Positions 21,344-33,043 of a stretch of 64,000 bases of DNA are shown one piece after another (the stretch's first letter is position 1; each line of letters opens with the position of its first letter). The notes beneath the pieces are model-generated. The model was not told where the DNA came from. It ran no database searches and worked only from the letters and a program-made list of their open reading frames with translations. Made by a program: the position numbers and the translations under genes. Source of the stretch: TPA_inf: Saccharomyces (taxonomy: Eukaryota); contig BK006938.2 in the NCBI GenBank assembly GCA_000146045.2, positions 384,001 to 448,000 of the forward strand, read 5' to 3'.

Positions 21344-23206
21344 TTAATTTGAATCTTTATTCCCGTGTTGCTTGGTCAGCTCATTCAACTCCTCCTCAGT
21401 GACCAAGTGATGCTTATGATTCTTTGGTTTTTCAACCAAATCGCCAGATGTAGGGTCAACTTCACAGGAGGGGACGGATACAAGCCAATCATCCTTTACC
21501 ACGTCATTCATTAAAACTCTTTGCTTTGGTTCTAAAGCCAACATTCTGCCTATTATTGTCCGTGAATGTCTTGGCAGTAGCCTTAATATTTTATTTGGCC
21601 CCCGAACTATATCATCTTCGTCCTCAGGTTCCTCAGTAAATAACCTAAATGAGTTGAAGCTCTTTTTTGGAGCCTTCCAAGGAAATCTTTTAAGGACCAT
21701 ACAGTAAAATATAATAGCGATAGACCACACATCTGCTACTCTTGGATCGTAGGATGTTTGTTTCAATAACTCAGGAGCCAAATAAGGGTCAGAACCCACG
21801 ATTCCATGTGATTTTACAATGGTATCTTCGTAAGGGTATTGGAACACTACAGCGCTCCCAAAGTCAATCAGTTTCAAGATGCCATCTTTAGTGACGACAC
21901 AATTGTCCAATTTTAAATCCCTATGAGCTAAGCCCATAGAGTGCAGGTAATTAACGCCGTGGCACAGCTGCTTGAAGTAACAGTTGACTTCATCTTGTGT
22001 CATTAGGTTACTCATGACGAGATTAAAAAAATCATATGGCGCATACTCCATTACTAATAAATAGGTGTCACCTTCAGTCAACATATCTAGGGTTTCAACG
22101 ATATTTTCGTGGTGCAGCGTGGAACCAATACAAAATTCAGTGGTAACCTTCTTAGAATAATTAGCTAATTGAGACTGATTAGTTCCTTCATTGTTTAAGT
22201 GTGGTTTTCTGAACATTTTGCAAGCAAATAACTTGCCGTCTGTTCTTTCTACTACGGACACTGAACCGGAAGCTCCTTCGCCTAATTTTCTACCAGGAAT
22301 ACCATATTTTTCTAATAGCTCCACTGGGTTATCTGTTTCGTATAACGCTTTTCCGTTACTTTCTACTATATTTTCATTGGTGTTCAAATTGAGCTTCGGT
22401 TTTGTAGGGGTGGATCCACGGTTGTGATGGTGGTGATGATGATGGTTATCGTGATAATCATTATGAATTTTTTTGAAAAATCTTGTTAATCTCAAGGATT
22501 TTTTCTTTCTTGATGAGGTATCATCACTACCGCTTGAAGAATTATGCTGTAGTTCCACGGACCCAGGGGTGGAGGCTTGAGAGTCCATGAAGTGTTTGTC
22601 TTCAATCTGTTTCTGTAGTATCTCTACGGGATGCATATGTGCCTGGTATGATAAATTCGAAGAGGGTGTATCAGATTTTGCAGAAGACACTGTAGAAATG
22701 TTGCTATGAGCTGTAGAGCGAACGGGGTGAGGATGGTGGAAAGCATCTTTTGAGCCTTGATGAATGTAGTTTATTGGATTGTGAATACTATGGGGTAAGT
22801 GGGGCACAGTGTGTCCCGTACGAACGGGATTATGATTGTTAGGTAAGGGCCGTGAAGGAGAGTAGTCAATAGGAGCTTTTTTAGCTGAAGTAGGAGAAAT
22901 ACCTGTCAAAGTAGAACTTGCTACTACGTGTGACTCCTTTGACAACGCGCCATTTCCCTGGGGGCTCTTTCCTATGGTAGATCTTCGGTCGTTGGGTTTG
23001 TTATACTTTATTTGATCCTCTTGGTCAGAATCTGTATTCTTTTTTGAAGATCTAGAAGAAGACCTTGAAACATCATCTGTCTTTGAGTATGATTGGTTAC
23101 CACCTCCATTGAATATTTTAGCCGATAAATTCTTCAACTTAGTTGGCCTAAATAATGAAGACAGCGAAGTTGATGAAGATGAGTGTAATGGAGTTTCCTT
23201 AACCAT
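21344..23206 (-). CDS. RTK1: Putative Ser/Thr protein kinase Rtk1 (YDL025C)
   Basis: Kinase subdomains (GEGASGSV, HRDLKLDNC, DFG, SDPYLAPE). 620 aa from the ATG at 23206 (MVKETPLHSS). His-rich run HHHHHHHNRG. Confidence 0.8.
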   Translation of the reverse strand: MVKETPLHSSSSTSLSSLFRPTKLKNLSAKIFNGGGNQSYSKTDDVSRSSSRSSKKNTDSDQEDQIKYNKPNDRRSTIGKSPQGNGALSKESHVVASSTLTGISPTSAKKAPIDYSPSRPLPNNHNPVRTGHTVPHLPHSIHNPINYIHQGSKDAFHHPHPVRSTAHSNISTVSSAKSDTPSSNLSYQAHMHPVEILQKQIEDKHFMDSQASTPGSVELQHNSSSGSDDTSSRKKKSLRLTRFFKKIHNDYHDNHHHHHHHNRGSTPTKPKLNLNTNENIVESNGKALYETDNPVELLEKYGIPGRKLGEGASGSVSVVERTDGKLFACKMFRKPHLNNEGTNQSQLANYSKKVTTEFCIGSTLHHENIVETLDMLTEGDTYLLVMEYAPYDFFNLVMSNLMTQDEVNCYFKQLCHGVNYLHSMGLAHRDLKLDNCVVTKDGILKLIDFGSAVVFQYPYEDTIVKSHGIVGSDPYLAPELLKQTSYDPRVADVWSIAIIFYCMVLKRFPWKAPKKSFNSFRLFTEEPEDEDDIVRGPNKILRLLPRHSRTIIGRMLALEPKQRVLMNDVVKDDWLVSVPSCEVDPTSGDLVEKPKNHKHHLVTEEELNELTKQHGNKDSN

Positions 23207-24450
23207 TATGCTATGAATTTCAGGCTGCTCTTTTCTGTCCTTCTCTCTTTTTTTCCCTCTCAAATCCTCTCAGCTTATTAGCGCACTAAAGAGTCAGTTT
23301 GGGTGAATAGCGTAATCAACTTATGGAAAAGAAGAACACTAGAATCCGTCACTATTGGCTGCAAATAAGTATTATATCTTTTTTCAATGAGAAATCTTGC
23401 TTGCCCCATAACAGGTACAATACTTAGCAAGCCAGGAAGAGTCACACTGCAAAATAGATATATGAGAAGCGGAAGTAGCTTTTCCCCTTATAGATGTACG
23501 CCGTTCGATATTACCCGAACTGCAAGAAAAGCTTCTCCAAATATCTACTGGCCTCCATTCAAGAAGGCAATTAAAGAGACTATGTGTACATGAATGGGAA
23601 CTTGGTATGATGGTAGTAATGCTTTATTAGTCATTCCCCTACCCCCTTGCGCAACCTATCATTTTACTTGCCAGATGTGCTCTCCACTGTTAGAGCCTCT
23701 TCGCTGACAAAGAATGGACGAGTACGCGAGCGGTGAAACGAGCACTGCAGGCAAGAGAAAGAAAAATCATGCATGATTTGGAAAGCGAATAAGAAATGAC
23801 GCAGTTGAGTGTTTGAGTTGGAGCCAGCTGTGTTATTCACAGGTTCATTTCGAGAAAATAAACGCCTTTGGTGGAAGCGGACACTATATTTCACATTTTA
23901 GCTGTAGAAGTAAAAAATTTATTTCAAGTTTACTTAATCCATTCAAGCAGTGCTTTCCCGGAGTTTCGAATAAAAGACACTGAGGACTTTTCAGTTTGAA
24001 TTTGAGATATGTTGTGGAAGTTTCCCAATACCAGAACCGCCTTTGAAATCCGGAAGTTTTCTTTTATGTTCTTGTGAATTTTCTATCCGAGTTTTAACTT
24101 TCGATATTCAGAAAGAATAGCCGTTCATCTCTTTTATATTATATTTAGCGATGTAATGAAAGTAAAAAAACAAAAAAAAAAAACAACAATAATCAAATGA
24201 CGCATATCTAAATATTCCAGAAAAGAATATAAATAACGAGGGTGATAAAGCGGGTGCAATTAAATTCTCTGTAGTACAAAAATATGTAATAACCGCAGAA
24301 CTTGTTAGTGGAATCTCTTTTAGATGTAGCTTGAAGGCTCAATTCGCTCCCCTTCGGTTTGCTGAAGGAAGAACGATGCGGAATATTACTTTGTGACCAT
24401 GTTATGTAAAGACAATTTCCTATTTTTTTTTATTTCTGCCCATGCATGGC

Positions 24451-25857
24451 TTATTGATTCACTAAGGATGCGTTATACCTTGTTGTGTTCCAATCCCAGT
24501 AAAACGTCAATTCCTTTTCTTTGCTAACTTTGGAGACGTCGCAATCTTCATAGAAGCTCACACCTCGTAATCTGTCTTTGGCATACTCGTAAAATGTGCC
24601 CTCTTCACATGAAAAACCTGGACCACTGGAGCAACTCTCTATAGGAACCACAGCATCGTTGACCACATAACGGACGTACGAATCGTTTGAGCATTGAAAC
24701 TTTTCTGTGTAGACTCTAGCTCCCTGAGGAATGTACCACGACCTGTGGTAGGAATGATCACGAAAGGGAACATGATTGGTTGTTAAATTTCTAGTGTCAT
24801 CAATCAATCCAGCAGTTGTCAAATAATTTAGAATATCAGTATCGTGCGTAAAGCTCAGCCAAACTTTTTGGTCCAAGTGCGCACTTTGTCGTATTAGCTT
24901 CACTGTTGCATTGAACAAATTAGCACCTATAGATTTAATCAATTTGTATCCGGGACCATTTTGGTAGAAGCTCGTCAAATCAGTCTCATAAGAATAATGT
25001 ATTAACTCTGCCGCGGAGAAAATGTCACAAATGTTACTATAACCTTTTGCGTTCAACTCGAAGGCACACCAAGAAAACAAGGCCGCTGCATCTTTCCTGC
25101 TCAAGTTCAGCCCTTTATTTTCGTCATTAAGACGATCGGAAATATTTTCTAAGTAGTCCCTCGAATATGACATTAATATATCATTGTTGGCATTCGAATT
25201 CCAATTGGGGCACGAACTTTTGGCAGCTAATGTGTTTGCTCCTGACGAGGAATTTTCGCTAAGTGTTTGAAGTGATATATTAAAGCCATCGCCCAAAGCC
25301 TCGGCAAAATATTGCGCAGTATCGTAGATTCTTTTCGAATTTGTGGTGAAGATAGGAAAGTTGGTACAGTTCTCCATCAATTTTCCATATTTTGCTAAAA
25401 ACTCCCTTGCATGTCTCTTTGCATTCATTTCTCCTGTATACGGGTTCAACACATCAATCGAATTTTGCAAAGTTGTCTCCATTTCTAGAAGACTTTCATC
25501 GGGAATAAAAAATTCATATCCATTATTCAAAAACGATAATGATCCCTCGTACTTACCTGTGTAATTGGATATTTTATACCATACTTCAAAAATATCCTTG
25601 GCCTCACTTCTGGTAGGATACCTTTCGCCATGTCTGCCAATCATTTGAACTTGCGTTAATCTACAACCTTCAGGAATATCAGTGGGTATACCGTAGTTAG
25701 CGGGAAAGGAGAAATATGGCGCAGACCCTCCAAGAAAGGGAAACAGACTCTTCTGAGAGCCAATTAGTTCAATATCCGCAAAACTTCTGAGTGGGATGGA
25801 GAGTGCCTTAGATAATAGAACACCTAAACAAATGGCAAAAATAACGGGCTTCACCAT
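24451..25857 (-). CDS. DIA3: Secreted acid phosphatase of the histidine-phosphatase family, Dia3 (YDL024C), paralog of PHO3/5/11/12
   Basis: 468 aa. N-terminal signal peptide and the RHGERYP histidine-phosphatase signature. Confidence 0.85.
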   Translation of the reverse strand: MVKPVIFAICLGVLLSKALSIPLRSFADIELIGSQKSLFPFLGGSAPYFSFPANYGIPTDIPEGCRLTQVQMIGRHGERYPTRSEAKDIFEVWYKISNYTGKYEGSLSFLNNGYEFFIPDESLLEMETTLQNSIDVLNPYTGEMNAKRHAREFLAKYGKLMENCTNFPIFTTNSKRIYDTAQYFAEALGDGFNISLQTLSENSSSGANTLAAKSSCPNWNSNANNDILMSYSRDYLENISDRLNDENKGLNLSRKDAAALFSWCAFELNAKGYSNICDIFSAAELIHYSYETDLTSFYQNGPGYKLIKSIGANLFNATVKLIRQSAHLDQKVWLSFTHDTDILNYLTTAGLIDDTRNLTTNHVPFRDHSYHRSWYIPQGARVYTEKFQCSNDSYVRYVVNDAVVPIESCSSGPGFSCEEGTFYEYAKDRLRGVSFYEDCDVSKVSKEKELTFYWDWNTTRYNASLVNQ

Positions 25858-26378
25858 TGTTCCTGTATGGTGTATTAGAACATAGCTGAAAATACTTCTG
25901 CCTCAAAAAAGTGTTAAAAAAAAGAGGCATTATATAGAGGTAAAGCCTACAGGCGCAAGATAACACATCACCGCTCTCCCCCCTCTCATGAAAAGTCATC
26001 GCTAAAGAGGAACACTGAAGGTTCCCGTAGGTTGTCTTTGGCACAAGGTAGTACATGGTAAAAACTCAGGATGGAATAATTCAAATTCACCAATTTCAAC
26101 GTCCCTTGTTTAAAAAGAAAAGAATTTTTCTCTTTAAGGTAGCACTAATGCATTATCGATGATGTAACCATTCACACAGGTTATTTAGCTTTTGATCCTT
26201 GAACCATTAATTAACCCAGAAATAGAAATTACCCAAGTGGGGCTCTCCAACACAATGAGAGGAAAGGTGACTTTTTAAGGGGGCCAGACCCTGTTAAAAA
26301 CCTTTGATGGCTATGTAATAATAGTAAATTAAGTGCAAACATGTAAGAAAGATTCTCGGTAACGACCATACAAATATT

Positions 26379-26451
26379 GGGCGTGTGGCGTAGTCGGTAG
26401 CGCGCTCCCTTAGCATGGGAGAGGTCTCCGGTTCGATTCCGGACTCGTCCA
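26379..26451 (+). tRNA. tA(AGC): tRNA-Ala (anticodon AGC), tA(AGC)D
   Basis: GGGCGTGTGGCGTAGTCGGTAGCGCGCTCCCTTAGCATGGGAGAGGTCTCCGGTTCGATTCCGGACTCGTCCA. G3:U70 pair, GTTCGATTC T-loop, T-run terminator downstream. Confidence 0.95.
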
Positions 26452-26910
26452 AATTATTTTTTACTTTCCGCGGTGCCGAGATGCAGACGTGGCCAACTGT
26501 GTCTGCCGTCGCAAAATGATTTGAATTTTGCGTCGCGCACGTTTCTCACGTACATAATAAGTATTTTCATACAGTTCTAGCAAGACGAGGTGGTCAAAAT
26601 AGAAGCGTCCTATGTTTTACAGTACAAGACAGTCCATACTGAAATGACAACGTACTTGACTTTTCAGTATTTTCTTTTTCTCACAGTCTGGTTATTTTTG
26701 AAAGCGCACGAAATATATGTAGGCAAGCATTTTCTGAGTCTGCTGACCTCTAAAATTAATGCTATTGTGCACCTTAGTAACCCAAGGCAGGACAGTTACC
26801 TTGCGTGGTGTTACTATGGCCGGAAGCCCGAAAGAGTTATCGTTACTCCGATTATTTTGTACAGCTGATGGGACCTTGCCGTCTTCATTTTTTTTTTTTT
26901 TCACCTATAG

Positions 26911-26932
26911 AGCCGGGCAGAGCTGCCCGGCT
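26911..26932. promoter_or_regulatory. Perfect 22-bp palindrome AGCCGGGCAGAGCTGCCCGGCT containing CGG-N10-CCG (zinc-cluster-type half-site arrangement)
   Basis: The sequence is its own reverse complement. Lies between tA(AGC) and the GPD1 promoter, next to a poly(T) tract. Confidence 0.5.
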
Positions 26933-27434
26933 TAACTAAGGGCCGGAAAAAAAACGGAAAAAAGAAAGCCAAGCGTGTAGACGTAGTATAACAGTATATC
27001 TGACACGCACGTGATGACCACGTAATCGCATCGCCCCTCACCTCTCACCTCTCACCGCTGACTCAGCTTCACTAAAAAGGAAAATATATACTCTTTCCCA
27101 GGCAAGGTGACAGCGGTCCCCGTCTCCTCCACAAAGGCCTCTCCTGGGGTTTGAGCAAGTCTAAGTTTACGTAGCATAAAAATTCTCGGATTGCGTCAAA
27201 TAATAAAAAAAGTAACCCCACTTCTACTTCTACATCGGAAAAACATTCCATTCACATATCGTCTTTGGCCTATCTTGTTTTGTCCTCGGTAGATCAGGTC
27301 AGTACAAACGCAACACGAAAGAACAAAAAAAGAAGAAAACAGAAGGCCAAGACAGGGTCAATGAGACTGTTGTCCTCCTACTGTCCCTATGTCTCTGGCC
27401 GATCACGCGCCATTGTCCCTCAGAAACAAATCAA

Positions 27435-27476
27435 ACACCCACACCCCGGGCACCCAAAGTCCCCACCCACACCACC
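27435..27476 (+). promoter_or_regulatory. C/A-rich tract with Rap1-like motifs (ACACCCACACC, CCACCCACACC) about 350-390 bp upstream of GPD1, plus a CCCCT STRE-like run at 27785-27796
   Basis: Match to the Rap1 consensus ACACCCRYACAYM. Known regulatory architecture of GPD1. Confidence 0.45.
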
Positions 27477-27824
27477 AATACGTAAACGGGGCGCCCCCTG
27501 CAGGCCCTCCTGCGCGCGGCCTCCCGCCTTGCTTCTCTCCCCTTCCTTTTCTTTTTCCAGTTTTCCCTATTTTGTCCCTTTTTCCGCACAACAAGTATCA
27601 GAATGGGTTCATCAAATCTATCCAACCTAATTCGCACGTAGACTGGCTTGGTATTGGCAGTTTCGTAGTTATATATATACTACCATGAGTGAAACTGTTA
27701 CGTTACCTTAAATTCTTTCTCCCTTTAATTTTCTTTTATCTTACTCTCCTACATAAGACATCAAGAAACAATTGTATATTGTACACCCCCCCCCTCCACA
27801 AACACAAATATTGATAATATAAAG

Positions 27825-29000
27825 ATGTCTGCTGCTGCTGATAGATTAAACTTAACTTCCGGCCACTTGAATGCTGGTAGAAAGAGAAGTTCCTCTTCTG
27901 TTTCTTTGAAGGCTGCCGAAAAGCCTTTCAAGGTTACTGTGATTGGATCTGGTAACTGGGGTACTACTATTGCCAAGGTGGTTGCCGAAAATTGTAAGGG
28001 ATACCCAGAAGTTTTCGCTCCAATAGTACAAATGTGGGTGTTCGAAGAAGAGATCAATGGTGAAAAATTGACTGAAATCATAAATACTAGACATCAAAAC
28101 GTGAAATACTTGCCTGGCATCACTCTACCCGACAATTTGGTTGCTAATCCAGACTTGATTGATTCAGTCAAGGATGTCGACATCATCGTTTTCAACATTC
28201 CACATCAATTTTTGCCCCGTATCTGTAGCCAATTGAAAGGTCATGTTGATTCACACGTCAGAGCTATCTCCTGTCTAAAGGGTTTTGAAGTTGGTGCTAA
28301 AGGTGTCCAATTGCTATCCTCTTACATCACTGAGGAACTAGGTATTCAATGTGGTGCTCTATCTGGTGCTAACATTGCCACCGAAGTCGCTCAAGAACAC
28401 TGGTCTGAAACAACAGTTGCTTACCACATTCCAAAGGATTTCAGAGGCGAGGGCAAGGACGTCGACCATAAGGTTCTAAAGGCCTTGTTCCACAGACCTT
28501 ACTTCCACGTTAGTGTCATCGAAGATGTTGCTGGTATCTCCATCTGTGGTGCTTTGAAGAACGTTGTTGCCTTAGGTTGTGGTTTCGTCGAAGGTCTAGG
28601 CTGGGGTAACAACGCTTCTGCTGCCATCCAAAGAGTCGGTTTGGGTGAGATCATCAGATTCGGTCAAATGTTTTTCCCAGAATCTAGAGAAGAAACATAC
28701 TACCAAGAGTCTGCTGGTGTTGCTGATTTGATCACCACCTGCGCTGGTGGTAGAAACGTCAAGGTTGCTAGGCTAATGGCTACTTCTGGTAAGGACGCCT
28801 GGGAATGTGAAAAGGAGTTGTTGAATGGCCAATCCGCTCAAGGTTTAATTACCTGCAAAGAAGTTCACGAATGGTTGGAAACATGTGGCTCTGTCGAAGA
28901 CTTCCCATTATTTGAAGCCGTATACCAAATCGTTTACAACAACTACCCAATGAAGAACCTGCCGGACATGATTGAAGAATTAGATCTACATGAAGATTAG
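27825..29000 (+). CDS. GPD1: NAD-dependent glycerol-3-phosphate dehydrogenase Gpd1 (YDL022W)
   Basis: 391 aa. MSAAADRLNLTSGHLNAGRKR... and the Rossmann motif GSGNWGTT. Confidence 0.95.
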   Translation: MSAAADRLNLTSGHLNAGRKRSSSSVSLKAAEKPFKVTVIGSGNWGTTIAKVVAENCKGYPEVFAPIVQMWVFEEEINGEKLTEIINTRHQNVKYLPGITLPDNLVANPDLIDSVKDVDIIVFNIPHQFLPRICSQLKGHVDSHVRAISCLKGFEVGAKGVQLLSSYITEELGIQCGALSGANIATEVAQEHWSETTVAYHIPKDFRGEGKDVDHKVLKALFHRPYFHVSVIEDVAGISICGALKNVVALGCGFVEGLGWGNNASAAIQRVGLGEIIRFGQMFFPESREETYYQESAGVADLITTCAGGRNVKVARLMATSGKDAWECEKELLNGQSAQGLITCKEVHEWLETCGSVEDFPLFEAVYQIVYNNYPMKNLPDMIEELDLHED

Positions 29001-29952
29001 ATTTATTGGAGAAAGATAACATATCATACTTTCCCCCACTTTTTTCGAGGCTCTTCTATATCATATTCATAAATTAGCATTATGTCATTTCTCATAACTA
29101 CTTTATCACGTTAGAAATTACTTATTATTATTAAATTAATACAAAATTTAGTAACCAAATAAATATAAATAAATATGTATATTTAAATTTTAAAAAAAAA
29201 ATCCTATAGAGCAAAAGGATTTTCCATTATAATATTAGCTGTACACCTCTTCCGCATTTTTTGAGGGTGGTTACAACACCACTCATTCAGAGGCTGTCGG
29301 CACAGTTGCTTCTAGCATCTGGCGTCCGTATGTATGGGTGTATTTTAAATAATAAACAAAGTGCCACACCTTCACCAATTATGTCTTTAAGAAATGGACA
29401 AGTTCCAAAGAGCTTGCCCAAGGCTCGACAAGGATGTACTTTGGAATATCTATATTCAAGTACGTGGCGCGCATATGTTTGAGTGTGCACACAATAAAGG
29501 TTTTTAGATATTTTGCGGCGTCCTAAGAAAATAAGGGGTTTCTTAAAAAATAACAATAGCAAACAAAGTTCCTTACGATGATTTCAGATGTGAATAGCAT
29601 GGTCATGATGAGTATATACGTTTTTATAAATAATTAAAAGTTTTCCTCTTGTCTGTTTTTTTGTTGGCTCGTGGTTGTTCTCGAAAAAGGAGAGTTTTCA
29701 TTTTCGAAATAGGTGATTATCATCATGTTGTTATCACCCCACGACGAAGATAATACGGAGCTCACCGTTTTCTTTTTTTTTCCCTTTGGCTGAAATTTCC
29801 CACCAGAACAAACGTGACAAAATTATCTTTGAATCCAAAGTAGCTTATATATATACGTAGAAGTGTTTCGAGACACACATCCAAATACGAGGTTGTTCAA
29901 TTTAAACCCAAGAATACATAAAAAAAATATAGATATATTAACTTAGTAAACA

Positions 29953-30888
29953 ATGACTGCAAGCACACCATCCAATGTCATGACATTGTTCTTGTTAAGG
30001 CATGGACAAAGTGAATTGAATCACGAGAATATATTCTGTGGTTGGATTGACGCTAAGCTAACCGAAAAAGGTAAAGAACAAGCTCGTCATTCTGCCGAGC
30101 TAATCGAACAATATTGTAAAGCTAATAATTTGAGATTACCCCAGATTGGTTACACCTCACGTTTAATTAGGACCCAACAGACCATAGAAACGATGTGTGA
30201 AGAATTTAAGTTAAAGCCACAACTGCAGGTTGTTTACGACTTTAATAAAATCAAACTTGGAGACGAATTTGGCAGTGATGACAAGGATAATATGAAAATC
30301 CCGATTCTTCAAACTTGGAGGCTAAATGAACGTCATTACGGTTCCTGGCAGGGCCAGAGGAAACCGAATGTTTTAAAAGAATATGGTAAGGATAAATATA
30401 TGTTCATTAGGAGAGATTACGAGGGTAAGCCACCACCTGTAGATCTTGACCGTGAGATGATTCAACAAGAAAATGAGAAGGGCTCTTCTACTGGGTACGA
30501 ATTCAAGGAGCCAAACAGACAAATAAAATATGAATTGGAATGCAGCAATCATGACATTGTATTACCGGATTCCGAATCTCTTCGTGAAGTGGTTTATAGA
30601 TTGAATCCTTTTCTACAAAATGTCATATTAAAATTAGCCAATCAATATGATGAATCTTCATGCCTGATTGTGGGCCATGGAAGTTCAGTGAGATCGCTAC
30701 TGAAAATTCTGGAGGGTATATCAGATGATGACATCAAGAATGTTGATATTCCAAATGGTATCCCCTTAGTCGTTGAATTAGATAAGAATAATGGTCTTAA
30801 GTTTATCAGAAAATTCTACCTAGATCCTGAATCTGCTAAGATCAATGCTGAGAAAGTCCGTAATGAGGGTTTCATAAAAAATCCTTAA
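29953..30888 (+). CDS. GPM2: Phosphoglycerate mutase homolog Gpm2 (YDL021W)
   Basis: 311 aa. LLRHGQSELN His-phosphatase (PGM) signature. Confidence 0.9.
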   Translation: MTASTPSNVMTLFLLRHGQSELNHENIFCGWIDAKLTEKGKEQARHSAELIEQYCKANNLRLPQIGYTSRLIRTQQTIETMCEEFKLKPQLQVVYDFNKIKLGDEFGSDDKDNMKIPILQTWRLNERHYGSWQGQRKPNVLKEYGKDKYMFIRRDYEGKPPPVDLDREMIQQENEKGSSTGYEFKEPNRQIKYELECSNHDIVLPDSESLREVVYRLNPFLQNVILKLANQYDESSCLIVGHGSSVRSLLKILEGISDDDIKNVDIPNGIPLVVELDKNNGLKFIRKFYLDPESAKINAEKVRNEGFIKNP

Positions 30889-31112
30889 GGGGGGTAAGTA
30901 TATAATATAATTGTGTATTTTCCGAAGTATAATGAAAACCAATAGAAAACTTATTATAAGTCCAATGAGGTACTTTAAAAATGTGATATTTATAAGAACA
31001 TTCCTGAATGCAGATATATGATATATATTGTAAATATATATAGATGTGTATATGTATTTCCATTTTGTGTGAGGTTTTCTTCTTTTATCTCCTATATAAT
31101 TTGTAACCTTAA

Positions 31113-32708
31113 TTAACCCATGACATAACCAATATTAGCCTTTGCAAATTTTGTAACTTCTTGACGTTGTTCTAACGACAAATCTTCATGCTTCGATTTT
31201 ATATGCCTTGTTAAAGCATCCAGTCTCGAAAACGTCTTCTGATAGCCCTCAGATCCAAGAATTTTTATACACTCCGAGCAACGGAAGACAATCTTCCTTT
31301 TAGCGTGAATGGTATTTTGGTGTCTCGTTAAATCATAGGACCTTGAAAATTGGGCACCACACGGTTCATTTGTAATGAGATTCATTATCTGACACGTAAA
31401 TATTTCGTTATTACCGTCAGAAGATGACGTATGGGCCGATGGTGATGCAGTCGAAGGTTTCGAATTCGAATTTGTAGATGAATGTGAAGATAAGTGCTTC
31501 TTAGTATAATTAATTAGCTTCCGCCTACTAGCATTTGAGCTTACTACAGCTGATGTAGGCTTCTTTATTCTTTCTAATGTGCCGTTTTCATTACTGTTAC
31601 TAACGCAACTACGGTTACTGGATGATTTTGCTGGTTTCCTTTTACCGGTAGTAGCAGTAGACGGTACGTTTGCCGAGGTTGAGGGAGATGGAAATCTTTC
31701 AAAATCAATAGTGTTTTTATTGAGGACAAAACTTTGCTTTCTTCTGTTCTTCAAGAGAGAGATATCGTAGATATCGTCTTCATCAAGATCATTATCCTCA
31801 TCCTCATCCTCTATCTTCTCATGTCCCCGTTCATCTAACAGATCTTCAGATACAACACTGGAAATGCTGTCCATGTTAGAGTCAACGTAACTGTACTCAT
31901 TAAATAAATGACTAGAACTCTTGGCACGACCCGTTTTTTGATCTGAGCCAAACATTGAGATTGGTGTAACATCCAATGACAGTAAAGGCTCCTCTTGGTG
32001 TTGCTCTTGTTGCAAACAATTTTCTTCTATTTCATCCTCTTCATCATCACTGATATCGTCGTCATCAGAGTCAAATTCATTGTTAAAAATAGCTCTCGCA
32101 TCCTCATTGTTTATTGCGGCGCTATTATCTTGAAGTGACCACTGCATTTTCGGATTATAATTATCCTCATAGAAAAGCACTTCTTCATCATTACCATATA
32201 GATTGTCACCGTTATCGAAAAAATCGTTGGAAATTTTAACATCATAATTGAACGTATTCCGTGTCGGTACATACGGGTCTGATACTTTCATTATATTCTT
32301 TAGATTGACGGTCTTCTGCAATGGGGTTTCGCTAGCACCCTTAATCTCGTTTGGTATGAGATGGACATTATTAATCTGTCTATCGTTGGCCGTTGCTTCA
32401 CTAGTCGTAAAAGAGGTGGTGGTAGTTAAAGTAGGATCCGCGTATTTGTTGAATATCGGGAAATGGTAGGTTTGTTGTGGGGGTATCGAAGCTGCACTCG
32501 ATTCATTCTGGTGTTGTAATGAATGATTCCACGTAAAAGTGTTGTTTTCCTTGTTCTTATTCACCAACTTATATGGAGTAATACTAGCATTTGGATGATA
32601 GTTTTGATAATGACTCGTAAACTGACTGTGACCTGGATTAGTATGGTACAACTCGTCTTCTAAAATATCCGTTAAGGTTCTTTTTAGGCTAAGTTCCGTA
32701 GAAGCCAT
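31113..32708 (-). CDS. RPN4: Proteasome-gene transcription factor Rpn4 (YDL020C)
   Basis: 531 aa. Acidic central region and C-terminal C2H2 zinc fingers (CQIMN..HQNTIH, CSECIK..HIKSKH). Confidence 0.9.
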   Translation of the reverse strand: MASTELSLKRTLTDILEDELYHTNPGHSQFTSHYQNYHPNASITPYKLVNKNKENNTFTWNHSLQHQNESSAASIPPQQTYHFPIFNKYADPTLTTTTSFTTSEATANDRQINNVHLIPNEIKGASETPLQKTVNLKNIMKVSDPYVPTRNTFNYDVKISNDFFDNGDNLYGNDEEVLFYEDNYNPKMQWSLQDNSAAINNEDARAIFNNEFDSDDDDISDDEEDEIEENCLQQEQHQEEPLLSLDVTPISMFGSDQKTGRAKSSSHLFNEYSYVDSNMDSISSVVSEDLLDERGHEKIEDEDEDNDLDEDDIYDISLLKNRRKQSFVLNKNTIDFERFPSPSTSANVPSTATTGKRKPAKSSSNRSCVSNSNENGTLERIKKPTSAVVSSNASRRKLINYTKKHLSSHSSTNSNSKPSTASPSAHTSSSDGNNEIFTCQIMNLITNEPCGAQFSRSYDLTRHQNTIHAKRKIVFRCSECIKILGSEGYQKTFSRLDALTRHIKSKHEDLSLEQRQEVTKFAKANIGYVMG

Positions 32709-33043
32709 GATTGCTTGAAAATTCTAGAAAACTTTTGAAAAGATACAAATTAGCTATTAGTACTATCTACTATTAGTTCAACTAAAAAGCGGAGTTCTTC
32801 CTTGAGGAGAAAAGGATGAACAAAATGGAACTGATCTACTCCTTAAATATTCCACGCCAAGAAGAAAAAAGAGTTTCGGGTTTATCTTTAATTTATATTA
32901 GAGATAAAACGTATCCTCCTCCTTGAACGATAAAAAATTATCCGTGTGGGTTAGGCTGCTCATCCCGGGCTTTCCCCAAATTGGGCTTCGAACTATTCTT
33001 TCCTTATATAGAATTGCTCTCCTCAACAAGTTTCGCCGAAACG

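Noticed and set aside
27761-28097. Minus-strand ORFs antisense to the start of GPD1 (YDL023C-like)
   Set aside because: Overlap the highly conserved GPD1 coding region. No independent evidence.
29100-29230. Very AT-rich segment 3' of GPD1 as a possible ARS
   Set aside because: I could not find an 11/11 or 10/11 match to the ARS consensus by eye. Not reportable without a proper scan.
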